A DNA stretch of 64,000 bases from Azolla caroliniana. Lineage: Eukaryota > Plantae > Polypodiophyta. Position 1 is the first letter of the stretch. Each line of letters begins with the position of its first letter. A program made the translations under genes and the position numbers. The stretch is taken from NCBI GenBank assembly GCA_043228905.1, contig JBHGNT010000018.1, positions 3,968,001 to 4,032,000 of the forward strand, given 5' to 3'. Shown piece by piece: positions 1 through 12,051 of the stretch. The notes under the pieces were generated by a model, which worked only from the letters and a program-made list of their open reading frames with translations, was not told the DNA's origin and searched no databases.

Positions 1-259
1 CAAGAGTTGAACCACCACAAAACATAGTCTCGACGTAGTCAAAAGATGATCAAATGAGGGTAGCTAGGCCTCATATTTATAGCGATATCAAAGGCCCCAA
101 GGCAAGTTCACACTTGGCCTAATGGGTTGTCTCAATCCCGAGGATTAAAAGTAATCCTCCCCTTCTTTACACTCTCGTTTAACCCTCACACTTATCCGCA
201 TGTATAGAATACTACGACAAATTCTCACGACGGGATATTATATGGTCATGCCTGTAACA
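1..259 (-). mobile_element. Probable LTR terminus abutting the first tRNA-Leu copy
   Basis: Sequence ends ...CCTGTAACA at 259 (TGTTACAGG on minus, a TG start), with a minus-strand TATA-like CTATAAATA near 74-82. The junction replaces the 5' end of tRNA copy 1. The other end lies outside the window. Confidence 0.4.
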
Positions 260-623
260 TGAGTGGTCTAAGGGACCAGACTCAAGTTTTGGTTCTCAAA
301 AGCAAGCGTGGATTCAAATTGATACTCATTATACAAGACTATTGTAACGGTTTTAATCAACAACGTTACGTACTCAAGATTAATCAAGGCTCCACAACCA
401 CTTATCCAATAGTCAAGGTCGTGGAATGCTCTAAGGCACTAATCTCAAGTTATGGTTCTAGAAAGGGAGTGTGTGTTCGAATCCCACTTTTCAAGAGTTT
501 CCAAATTGATGCCCCTTTTGAACCACTTCTAATCTGTTGTTGTCGCATCAATTCCCTTTATACAAAACTCGAATGCACCTTATACTAAACTTAAGTTTTA
601 GTACTGCTCCCATTTAATCAACA

Positions 624-707
624 GTCAGGATGGCCGAGTGGTCTAAGGCGCTAGACTCAAGTTCTGGTTCTCAAAAGGGAGCGTGGGTTCAAATCCCACT
701 TCTGACA
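624..707 (+). tRNA. tRNA-Leu(CAA), potentially functional
   Basis: 84 nt. Acceptor GTCAGGA/TTCTGAC+A, anticodon arm CTAGA-CT CAA GT-TCTGG (one G-U), long variable arm, T arm GTGGG-TTCAAAT-CCCAC. CAA just upstream and TTTT just downstream. Confidence 0.8.
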
Positions 708-2514
708 AGTTTTCGAATTGATAATCGTATTACAGTTTTTATTAACATCCCCGCCTATAAAAATCAAGATGGACTACAACCACTCACCCAATAGTCGAAG
801 TGGTTGAATGGTCTAAGACGCTAGACTCAAGTTATGGTTTTTGAATGGGAGTGTGGGTTCCAATCCCTTTTTTGACAAGTTTCCGAATTGATGCACCTTT
901 TGAACCCACTTCTAATATGGTGTCAAATTATTTCCCTTTACACAAAAGTCGAACGCACCTTATACGAATTTTAAATTGAAGTATAGTTGCATAACCCATT
1001 AAACCAATAGTTAGCATGGCCGACTAGTCCAAGGTGCCAAACTTAAGTTCTGGTTCTGGAAAGGGAGTGTGGATTCAAGTCGATACTCGTCATACACGAC
1101 AAATATACTCAAGATTAAGTATGCTCCACAACCACTCATAAAATCGTCAAGGTGGTGGAATGGTCTAAGGCAATAGAGTCAAGTTATGGTTCTCAAAAGG
1201 GAGTGTGTGTTCGAATCCTAGTTTTCACAAGTTTCCAAATTGATGCCCCTTTTGAACCACTTAGAATATGTTGTCGCATCAATACCCTTTATACAAAACT
1301 CGACTACGCCTTATAGTAAACTTAAGTTTTACTATTGCTCCATGACCCATTTAACCAATAGTCATGAGGGCCGAGTGGTCCAAGGCGCCACACTCAAGTT
1401 CTAGTTCTCGTAAGGGAGCGTGGGTTCAAATTGATACTCATTATACAAGACTATTGTAATGATTTTAATCAACAATGTTGCGTACTCAAGATTAAGCAAG
1501 GCTCCAAAACCACTCACCCACTAGTCAAAGTCATGGAATGGTCTAAGATGCTAGACTCAAGTTATGGTTCTCAAAAGGGAGTGTGTGTTCGAATCCTAGT
1601 TTTCACAAGTTTTCAAATTGATGCCCCTTTTAAACCACTTAAAATATGTTGTCGCATCAATACCCTTTATACAAAACTCGACTACGCTTTATAGTAAACT
1701 TAAGTTTTAATATTGCTCCATGACCCATTTAACCAATAGTAATGAGGGCCGAGTGGTCCAAGGCGCCAAACTCAAGTTCTAGTTCTCGTAAGGGAGCATG
1801 GCTTCAAATCCCACTTGTGACAAGTTTTCAAGTCGATACTCGTTATACAAAACTATTACAATTTTAATCAACATTCCCGCCTATAAAATTTGATATCGAC
1901 CACTACCACTCACCAAATAGTCAAACTGGTCGAATGGTCAAATGGTCTAAGTCGTTAGAATCAAGTTATGGATCTCGAAAGGGAGTGTGGGTTTGAATCC
2001 CACTTTTGACAAGTTTCCGAATTGATGCCCCTTCTAAACCCACTTTAATATATTGTCGAATTGCTACCTAGGTTTATACAAATGTCAAGTGTACCTTATA
2101 CGAAATTTAAGTTCTAAGATGGCTCCACGACCCACTTAAGATTGGCGAGTGGTTTAAGGGACCAGACTCAAGTTCATGTTCTCCAAAGCGAGTGTGGGTT
2201 CAAATCGATACTCATTATACAAGACTATTGTAACGGTTTTAATCAACAACGTCCGTACTCAAGATTAAGCAAGGCTCCACAACCACTTACCCAATAGTCA
2301 AGGTCGTGGAATGGTCTAAGGCGCTAAACTCAAGTTATGGTTCTCGAAAGGGAGTGTGTGTTCGAATCCCACTTTTCACAAGTTTCCAAATTGATGCCCC
2401 TTTTTAACCACTTCTAATTTGTTGTTGTCGTATCAATACCCTTTATACAAAACTCGAATGCATTGTATACTAGACTTAAGTTTTAGAATTGCTCCAGGAC
2501 CCATTTAACCAACA

Positions 2515-2598
2515 GTCAGGATGGCCGAGTGGTCTAAGGCGCTAGACTCAAGTTCTAGTTCTCGAAAGGGAGCGTGGGTTCAAATCCCACTTCTGACA
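2515..2598 (+). tRNA. tRNA-Leu(CAA), intact cloverleaf
   Basis: All stems pair. Anticodon stem CTAGA/TCTAG, variable arm TTCTC-GAAA-GGGAG, canonical A and B boxes, TTTT trailer. Confidence 0.88.
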
Positions 2599-3265
2599 AG
2601 TTTTCCAATGGATACTTGTTATACAAAACTATTGTAACAGTTTTAATTAACATCCCGCCTATAAAAATCGAGATGGAGCACAACCACTCACCCAATAATC
2701 AAAGTGGTCAAATGGTCTAAGACGCTAGACTCAAGTTATGTTTTTTGATAGGGAGTGTGGGTTCAAATCCCATTTTTGACAAGTTTCCCAATTGATGCGC
2801 CTTTTGAACCCAATTCTAATATGGTGTTGAATTAATTCCCTTTACACAAAAGTCAAACGCACCTTATACGAATTTTAAGTTGAAGTATAGTTGCACAACC
2901 CATTTAACCAATAGTCAGCATGGCTGAGAGGTCCAAGGCGCCAGACTCAAGTTCTGGTTCTCGAAAGGGAGTGTGGATTCAAATCGATACTTGATATACA
3001 AGATTAATATACTCAACATTAAGCATGGCTCCACAACCACTCACCAAATCGTCAAGGTGGTGGAATGGTCTAAGGCAATCGACTCAAGTTATGGTTCTCA
3101 AAAGAGAGTGTGTGTTCGAATCCTAGTTTTCACAAGTTTCCAAATTGATGCCCCTTTTGAACCACTTAGAATATGTTGTCACATCAATACCCTTTAGACA
3201 AAACTCTAATGCACCTTATAGTAAACTTAAGTTTTACTATTGCTCCACGACTCATTTAACCAATA

Positions 3266-3349
3266 GTCAGGATGGTCGAGTGGTCCAAGGCGCCAGACTC
3301 AAGTTTTGGTTCTCGTAAGGGAGCGCAAGTTCGAATCCTACTTCTGAGA
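3266..3349 (+). pseudogene. tRNA-Leu(CAA) pseudogene, full length with T-stem and acceptor mismatches
   Basis: T stem GCAAG/CCTAC is disrupted and the 3' end reads CTGAG rather than CTGAC. Confidence 0.7.
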
Positions 3350-4001
3350 AGTTTTTGAATCGATACTCATTATACAAAACTATTACAGTTTTAATCAACA
3401 TTCCCGCCTATAAAATTCTAGATTGACCACTACAACTCACTCAATAGTCAAACTGGTCAGATGGTTTAAGTTGTTAGAATCAAGTTATGGATCTCGAAAT
3501 GGAGTGTGGGTTTGAATACGACTTTTGACAAGTTTTCAAATTGATGCCCCTTTTGAACCCACTTCTAATATGTTGTCGAATTACTACCCAAGTTTATACA
3601 AATGTCAAACGTACCTTATACGAAATTTAAGTTTTAAGATGGCTCCGCGACCCACTTAGGATTGGCGAGTGGTCTAAGGGACCAGACTCAAGTTCTGGTT
3701 CTCGAAAGGGAGCGTGGGTTCAAATCGATACTCATTATACAAGACTATTGTAACGATTTTAATCAACAACGTTGCGTACTCAAGATTAAGCAAGGCTCCA
3801 CAACCACTCACCCAATAGTCAAGGTCGTGGAATGGTCTAAGGCGCTAAACTCAAGTTATGGTTCTCAAAAGGGAGTGTGTGTTCGAATCCCACTTTTCAG
3901 AAGTTTCCAATTTGATGCCCCTTTTGAACCACTTCTAATCTGTTGTTGTTTATACAAAACTCGAATGCACCATATACTAAACTTAACCCATTTAATCAAC
4001 A

Positions 4002-4085
4002 GTTAGGATGGCCGAGTGGCCTAAGGCGCCAAACTCAAGTTTTGGTTCTCGAAAGGGAGCGTGGGTTCAAATCCCACTTCTAACA
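4002..4085 (+). tRNA. tRNA-Leu(CAA), cloverleaf retained through paired substitutions
   Basis: Acceptor GTTAGGA/TTCTAAC and anticodon stem CCAAA/TTTGG both still pair. T arm is canonical. Confidence 0.75.
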
Positions 4086-5534
4086 AGTTTTCGAATCGAT
4101 ACTTGTTATACAAAACTATTACAGTTTTAATCAACATCCCTGCCTATAAAAATCGAGATGGTCCACTCGCCCAATAGTCAAAGTGGTCGAATGGTCTAAG
4201 ACGCTAGACTCAAGTTATGGTTTTTGAAAGGGAGTGGGGGTTGAAATCCCGTTTTTGACAAGTTTCCGAATTGATGCGCCTTTTGAACCCACTTCTAATA
4301 TGGTGTCAAATTAATTCCCTTTACACAAAAGTCGAATGCACCTTATACAAATTTTAAGTTTAAGTATAGTTGCACGACCCATTTAACCAACAGTCAGCAT
4401 GGCCGAATGGTCCAAGGCGCCTGACTCAAGTTCTGGTTCTCGAAAGGTAGTGTGGATTCAAATCGATACTCTCGTTACACAAGCCTAATATACTCAAGAT
4501 TGAGCATGGCTAACCAAATCATCAAGGTGGTGGGATGGTCTAAGGCACTAGATTCAAGTCATGATTCTCGAAAGGTAGCGTGGGTTTGAATCCCACTTTT
4601 GATAAGTTTTCGAATTGATGCCCCTTTTGAACCCACTTCTAAAAATGTGTTGAAGCAACAAAAGAAATTACCTATAGGATCCAAAGAGTGAGTGACTTCT
4701 TTATACAAAGTTCTATCTAAAAAGGTGGTCAATGAAGCAAGATGAAACCCTGAGTAGCTGACAACAGCATGTGGGTGAAAAACGTACTTCTTGATGCTAC
4801 TCCTAATAGCACATGAGCCGAATCTAGCTTTAATTTAACCGCTAATAGTGTAGGTGTACGATTACTCATTAGCAACATGAATGATTGAGATACTATCAAA
4901 TAAGGCTTTTGCTTGAATGAAAATGTATATCCCTTCTTCAATGTTAATGTGCAATGGCAGCCAAACGAATTCAGTTTCTTTGTGCTTAATGGAACAAAGA
5001 ATGGAATGTGTTGTGTTGTCATCTGTGGTTGCATTCTTCTTTATGATGTTAAACCCCGTTCTTCAGAGCATTGGCTATGGTTTTTGAGTCTTCAAAATCA
5101 TGAGCCCCCATCAGGGAGTTGATATACAGTGTATTGCAGTTTAACTAGACTGCAACCATATTTCACATCATTGAATGAAGGAGTTATGAGATATTGGTAG
5201 AATCAAGGCATTGCAATTTGACTAGATGGCCAAACCATATTTCAGAATGATAAAAGCTTTGATATATTGTAGAAGAAATGTTGTGGGAATATATTAGAAG
5301 TTACATTATCATTACAGCGGGAATTACTGTTTTACCAACAGGAGTACAAAATGTTTGAGAAAATGCTACCTCTGCCTTTTTACAGTGTTTTTCTTCCTAT
5401 GCTAGTAATAATATACAGGATTTTCCGCTGAGTCATGTTTTATCATCACCATCTCTAATCTGTCTGCACTATTAGTATACAAACTATTAGTTCTCATCTC
5501 TTTATACAGGATTTCAAATCGAAGTATTCAGCTT

Positions 5535-8500
5535 TCATGGTTTATCAGATTGGTAATCTGACATATGATGGGTTTTCTCACATATAGATGTTCTTTGTCG
5601 CAACCTATCCCTCTGATCATGTATCTTCCGTACACCATTACCAACAATAACAGTTGAATAGATGGCATGTGTAATAATTGGCGCAAGGATGTTCCCGGTC
5701 TACATAAACACAGGGAATAAAGGGATAAAATGTTTGCATTTGCATCTCTTTATTCAAAAACCACTTATTACAAATTCTCATATTTTTTACCTGGATCCAC
5801 TCAAATCCAAGATACAATGCCAACATTGATTCAAGAAGTGGAGAGTATATTCTCCTCAACTGTCGTCGCTTATACCAAGCTATATTATGGAAAAGCCCAT
5901 CTCACTAATAAGATTCACAAGACCAAAAATCTGTTTGAAGTTCTCTTTTAGAGAAAAAAATTTACCTGCAAAACTCTTCTTCAATTCTCGCAATGAGTTT
6001 TGGTTCCTGAGAACAGGAGCAATCACATACTTCGGATCTGTGTACAATATAAGAATCATATTATCGTTAATTATCACACTAGTATTACCAACTAGAAACA
6101 TACCCATGCAATAATCAAGTTCTAACTAGGACTCAAAGCTTCAACTAAAGTTCTATAAGACCATGGCAGAGCCCCTTCTAAAACAACTAAAATCGTACAG
6201 GCTGAATTCAAAGATTACAACCGTTAGGATGTCCAAAATACTGTACATTTGAATTAGTTAATCTGAATCTGTGACATACAAGTTTCTTGGCAGCTTTACA
6301 TCTAAGTCAACAACGTTTGAATTAGATGTAAATTTCTGCACGTTTGAATTAGTTAATCTGAACCTCAAATGACAGTCAACAACATGGTAATGCAGGACCA
6401 AAAGGCCTTAGTGTCCATATTTTATGCCGTTTTCCAGAATGTCTTCATAATATCATATTTAGAAACAAATATTCAAAGCAGGTTACTACATTAAAATTGT
6501 TGACAAATAATCTAGAATTTATAAAATCATGTGTAGTGCAAATATATAAGTCTGCTATATTGAAGCCATTGTGAAATTATCCTTTGATACAGAAAATACC
6601 TTTAGGGAAAGATGTCATAAAAAGAATAGAACCACTAAGGGCAGCTGTTAAGACTGCAGCAAGAGCATGTGCAAATGGTGGCAAGGAAGGGAAAACTCCT
6701 GTCTGCACATTAGGCAAATAAAACACACAGCATGAGGTTTTCCACACCAAAAATGAATAAAAGGAATTAGTTTTTAAAAGAAACACCCGTACCAATGAGG
6801 CAATGCCATCAATGTGTTCTTTGACCTTACCATCACTTAGAAAAGCATGTGTTAGTCCTCCCTGCATCAAAAGATGAAATGGATTTTTCTATTTGAGGAA
6901 ACACATGCGATACATAAAATTACGAATTCTCGAGAAAACACACTACCTGTATGGCAACCCTAAAGAAGAGTTCTTCCGCAACTGCCGCCAATGACACAAC
7001 AAACATTATCTGATGAAAATTTCGTACTTGTTAACACAGCACACAACATGGACTAGATTATAAAAACAGAAAGTTAACCGGTTGATATTTTCACATTGAT
7101 CAGTTTGTGAAGTTGATAAAGAATCATCATAAAATTATCATTTATAAACCTGCCATGGTGACAAACCAACGAAAAAACCCATCAATTCTTCATCTTCAGC
7201 ATCCCTTATAGCCCTAGCATGCAGAGATATCTTTACTACGTCATCCTGTAAAAGATTTGAAACATAAGACAAGAATTCATCCCATATTATGGAGCAAATA
7301 ATACAAGATTATATACTTACATCATGGATGAATAGAAGGGCCATCATAGGGGGTATTGCATATCCCAATCCTTCCATAGCAACATGAGCAGACATGTTGA
7401 AACCCCCTATTCCATCAATTCCAATGAAGTGACAAATGGCTTGTCCGCCAAGTGCCATTGCACCATAAACACCTACAAGCACCAGGATGTAAGTATCAGT
7501 TCATCTATTCCCTTTCTAATACAGAAGTTAAATACTAAGCTTACCCCGCAATTTTAGAGTCTGTGCATTTTTAGCAGGTAAAAAAAAAAACCTCTTTCTC
7601 AGATATAGAAAAATTAGGAGAGATTCATTTTTTTTATGTCCAAAAGTCTTAATTTCTCACTGATTAAAATTAAAAGAATAGGTTGCACCAAAAATTATGT
7701 AGGGTAACTTTGGATTGATTTGCAGGAGCTTCAAATTGTAATTGCAAAAGTGCAAGACAAAAAATTATCATCATTAATTTCTGTACAAATTTGCTAAGCA
7801 ATCATAGCTGTGACCTCCCATTAGTTATAATGATGTGGAATAGTTATTTCCTGGAATCACTTTGTGATAGCTCTACTTTTGCTGGCAGCTTATCTTGTCA
7901 GCATGAGATGGAGTTTCTTGTATACTTCCTAGCAATTCATGCCATTCAAGCCTTCTTTCTAGGTCACATGATGTAAGGAAATTTTGAGAAAAAATACTCC
8001 ACATGTTTTATCATTCCATCTTTCCACCATTAAGAAGGTCCTGGAGATCCATAGAATTTCAGCTAACATACCCTAATTCAACATATTTCTCTGATCTTCC
8101 CTTTTTAGATTGACAGGTGCAACTTTCTAAATTTCGTGTTCCAATAGTTTTGTTTTTTCTTTCCCTTAAACGGTGATTCCTTCAACAGTAGATATCCCTG
8201 TTGTAAAGTTTAAAAACTATATTTACACAGGGTCTACTGTGGATCCTGGTACACATTCTTCAGAAAATTCTTTCTTTTTTACCGGAACTAATAAAGTTTC
8301 ATCTAAATCTGTTAAAATTACTTGTCAACAGATATATCAAGATTTGGAGGTTGTTCTTTTTAATTCGAAAACATGTCAAATTTTGGAGATGAGATGTCCA
8401 ACTTACTCTAGACAGTGTGAATATAGTTTTTAAACTTTACAACAGGGATATTACGAATGATTTTTGTTCAAGAGAATATGGTCTTACCAACAGCGTAGGC

Positions 8501-8964
8501 AATTCGGAAAGTCGGACCAATCTGCTCCCATAATGAATCACTCTGCTCAATACCACTCACACCTTGAGCTTGAATCCATGCACCATTCTGGTGAATCATG
8601 CATTTGTTGAACGGTTAAAACAGGCTTCTTTGAATTCCAAAATCCATATAAATACAAAGGAAAGAAATAAAGAAATATGTAGAAGAATCAAAAGTGAGAA
8701 ATGGTTCACCTTGAAGGAGAAATCCTTTCTTGTTGACGGGTTGTCTTCAACATTCTCTGAACCACTGTCATGAAGAGATCGCAAGCATAATAATCGTTGG
8801 GTTCGATTCTTCCTTCTTGTGGCGAAAAGCGATCTCGGTTGCCCAAAAACAGTCGGAAAAGCAAGATCGACCGGTGCTTGCAGAGCTGGAACAGAAATCC
8901 GAGTTCTTGATCCACCAGATAACAATCCAGAAGCCATACCGGATGCATGGATGAGCTGCGCCAT
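5535..8964 (-). CDS. BCM1: Chloroplast CAAX-protease-like (CPBP/Abi) membrane protein, BALANCE OF CHLOROPHYLL METABOLISM (BCM1/BCM2)-like; 10 exons
   Basis: Approximate exons: 8964-8710, 8587-8488, 7472-7321, 7245-7150, 7009-6947, 6861-6793, 6702-6600, 6036-5965, 5878-5790, 5699-5535, with GT-AG borders. Spliced peptide includes GLGYAIPPMMALLF, HARAIRDAEDEEL, AEELFFRVAIQ, DPKYVIAPVLR, IYSPLLESMLALYLGFEWIQTGNILAPIITH, matching remembered BCM1 sequence. Transit-peptide-like N-terminus. Confidence 0.9.
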
Positions 8965-9053
8965 TTTAATATTTACTTATGGCATTCTTTCTTAGCTTTC
9001 CAATGGTGTCTGGAGCAGGGATCGATTGGTGAAGACAGAGCAGAAGGATGAAT

Positions 9054-9258
9054 TCTCTCTCTCTATCTATCTATCTATCTATCTCTTTCTCAGAACACAC
9101 AAATATATATATATATATGTATATATGTATCTGTGGAATTTGAGGGGCAAATTTGAGGGGCAGCTCGCTGAGAGTCTCTGTTTCTGTGTTTCTCTGTGTG
9201 CTTTCTTTTCCTGAAGTCTGTGGGCGAAGAAGACAAAGAGAAGAGAATGACTTGGACT

Positions 9259-9295
<37 letters not shown>

Positions 9296-9352
9296 CGTGG
9301 TGCTTACGCTTTCTTCTTCTTCTTCTTCTTTCTTTCTTTCTTTCTTTCTTCT
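9054..9352. repeat. Microsatellite cluster (CT, CTAT, AT, GA, CTT, CTTT) upstream of the BCM1-like gene
   Basis: Direct reading of simple repeats. Confidence 0.9.
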
Positions 9353-11167
9353 TAGACCCATCTTTTCTAATACATCATATATTTGACTAGAGAATACTAG
9401 AGATTATGTATGTATGTATTAAGTTTGGTTCTCGAAACCCAACTTTCGTGAAGAAGCAGCCAGGCCAGACTGCCCACTCTGTGTGTGTGTGTCTGTGTGT
9501 GGCATTCGGAGTGCCACATGTTTCCATGGAACTAACCAGGAGAAGCTCGTCTTCGCTTCTCTGGAGCCTGTCTACACCCATGATATGATCTAACCCCTTC
9601 AAAAGAGTAGTACATTGTGCGCTATAGGTAGATTCGATCAATCAAGTTCGGCGCAGAATGTCCGAAGTTTCCACAACCCTTATGGTTTTTATCCCAATAC
9701 CCTTCAGCAATGTTAATAAGATGGGTACTCACAATGCCCGAGATTGGGCAAAGTGTTGATGATTTCATGGAATGCATTCCTAGGAATCTCTAGCTATTGT
9801 ATTGATGATCTGTTACTTTGGGATACAATCGATTCCACCTCGAGATTATAGGTACAAATATGCATCGTTTGAGACTGTTTGTGAATGGTTCGCCATTACA
9901 TGGCACATAGTTAATCTATAGCAATTAAATGGCATGACACTTTGCCTTCTTCGTGAAGGTGACAATCATCACACTAGAAAGATTCATATACGTATGTCAC
10001 AACACCTTAATGGAAAATAGCCCATGCATGAAGCAATACAAGATACCCACAACAATGAACATGGGATCTTGTCTCGTTTCCACCATCTCCACATTGATCA
10101 CTAAACAACAAATATCTTCACAAAACATTAGCAATCAAAGCAATGAAGACTAGAAAATTTTCAAAGAGACCCAACATGCATCCACATGATCTGTTGACAT
10201 TCAGTGGGAGTGCAAAACTATACCAAGAAATCCAAGCTTGTCGTTGCATGATGGCACAACACAATCAAGCTTGAAGGGGCATTTTGAGATATCAAGCTCA
10301 ACAAGTCTTTGTACGTGGCACACTTCTTGGATAATCTGTTTTAGAGTGTATCCTTTGTAATATGTAAATGGATTTGAGTTAGCTTGTAATAAATGTAAGT
10401 GGTTACTTTAAATATTTGACTCACTTTCCCACCAATATCTATTCACAGAGACTTCAATGCAAGTAAACATAGAATGTTATATGCAACTTAAATGTAAGTA
10501 CAAATGGAATGTTCGTAGATATACATACTTTTATAAGATTTTAAATTAACAAGGATTAGACATTTGTGAAAACTCAGAATCTAATTTTGAAGGAGAAGAT
10601 GCCCAAAAACTAAAAGAGTCTATAGAAAGGTAAATGGATTATAAAAGAATGGCATTCACTTAGAAGAGGATAAATCACTAGTCCATTGCTGAGAGGATGA
10701 ATTACTTAGATACCACAATTAGGAAGAATAGTTGGATAAACTCCAATGATACTACGATTGTGAAACCAACAAATTCTCCAACTTTTATTTTATGAATGCA
10801 AAAATTTAGCACTTGCAATTCCTACCTCCAAAATATGTTTGTTGAGATAAGTTAAATATGTTTATGGAGTACTATGTAAGGGTTTATCCTTTTAAGTTTA
10901 ATTTCTTTTGGCAAGCATGCATTAACATCAATTCAAGGCTTGATAAAAACTCTTTGTTACTTTTGTTTGAGATCATGTACATTAACAATGTGCTCCCAAT
11001 AAATGGCTTTGCGCCATTAATGTTGACTTGTTTTTCTAACCGAAATTTTTAATAAACAAAAAAATTGGTGAGGCTCAACTCCTTGCTCTCATGATATAAC
11101 TTCTATTCTTATTATCTATTAGATTATAATAGAGTTAAACCTAGCAGGGCTCACAATAAAAAACATA

Positions 11168-11740
11168 GGCCAATCCGGCCATCACATCCATTCATTTAAG
11201 TTATTGGGCCAATGGATGGAAACATTGGTGTCACCCTTGAAAATGGGCCCACTTTTAACAACGTAGGCCAATATGGCCATCATATCCAATCGTTTAAGTT
11301 ATTGAGCCAATGGTTGGAAACATTGGCTTCACCCTTGAAAATGGGCTCACTTTAAAAAACGTAGGCCAATCCGGCCATCATATCCATTTATTTAAGTTAT
11401 TGAGCCAATGGTTGGAAACATTGGCATCATCCTAGAAAATGGGCTCACTTTAAAAAACGAAGGCCAATCTGACCATCATATCCATTCATTTTAGTTATTG
11501 GGCCAATGGTTGGAAACATTGGCATCATCCTTGAAAATGGGCTCACTTTAAAAAACATAGGCCAATCTGGCCATCATATCCATTCATTTAAGTTATTGGG
11601 CCAATGGTTGGAAACATTGGCATCATCCTTGAAAATGGGCTCACTTTAAAAAATGTAGGCCAATCTGGCCATCATATCCATTCATTTAAGTTATTGGGTC
11701 AATGGTTGGAAACATTGACATCGCCCTTGAAATTGGGCTA
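11168..11740. repeat. 98-bp minisatellite, ~6 copies
   Basis: Unit GGCCAATC.GGCCATCATATCCATTCATTTAAGTTATTGGGCCAATGGTTGGAAACATTGG... starts at 11168, 11266, 11364, 11462, 11560 and 11658. Confidence 0.95.
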
Positions 11741-11838
11741 CTAATAGATAAGAGGGTGGATGTAATGATTTTTTATATAAATAAGTAATGTTCTTTGATA
11801 GCAAATATGGCATTCGAAAGAAAGAAATGCTTAATATG

Positions 11839-11910
11839 GGGGTGTTGTGACAATTTAACTCATGACCTCTCACACTCGAAGCATGAATCATACCACTAGA
11901 CCAAACACCC
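11839..11910 (-). pseudogene. tRNA-Pro(CGG) pseudogene
   Basis: GGGTGTTTGGTCTAGTGGTATGATTCATGCTTCGAGTGTGAGAGGTCATGAGTTAAATTGTCACAACACCCC: a plant tRNA-Pro body with decayed anticodon arm (CGG to CGA) and a broken B box. Confidence 0.85.
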
Positions 11911-12051
11911 AATGCAAAAAAATAACTCTACAGAAATCAATACATCTTTTTCAATTTATGGAAGTCCACTAATATCTTCAAGAACAAATTGTTGGTTCTC
12001 ATCTCCATTCGTGAATCTTTTATCAAGTAACTCGCACTCATGATACCATAT

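Larger units (their letters stand above)
261..4640 (+). repeat. Tandem higher-order array of 24 tRNA-Leu(CAA) genes and pseudogenes (alternating A and B types)
   Basis: Copies start at about 261, 412, 624, 794, 1010, 1146, 1361, 1524, 1739, 1920, 2137, 2297, 2515, 2698, 2914, 3051, 3266, 3447, 3657, 3818, 4002, 4177, 4393 and 4521. They share TGGTCTAAGG..AGACTCAAGTT..GGGTTCRAATC with variation. The A+B dimer is ~360-390 bp. The diagnostic AGGGACCAGAC variant recurs in the copies at 261, ~2137 and ~3657 (periods 1886 and 1520 bp). Confidence 0.95.

Noticed and set aside
259-4006. Repeated short ORFs (259-588, 1431-1694, 2973-3197, 3662-4006) that look like a small protein family
   Set aside because: They are translations through tRNA-Leu copies and spacers; starts and stops vary and no domain is recognisable.
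261-4640. CRISPR-like repeat-spacer array
   Set aside because: Repeats are 84-nt tRNA genes, spacers are homologous to one another, there are no cas genes, and the context is eukaryotic.
9650-10330. Possible degenerate gypsy integrase remnant on the minus strand
   Set aside because: Only fragmentary motif echoes; boundaries and identity cannot be supported by eye.
11839-11910. Pro-to-Ser anticodon-switched tRNA (CGA)
   Set aside because: The anticodon stem and B box are also broken, and the change is ordinary decay of a CGG pseudogene.
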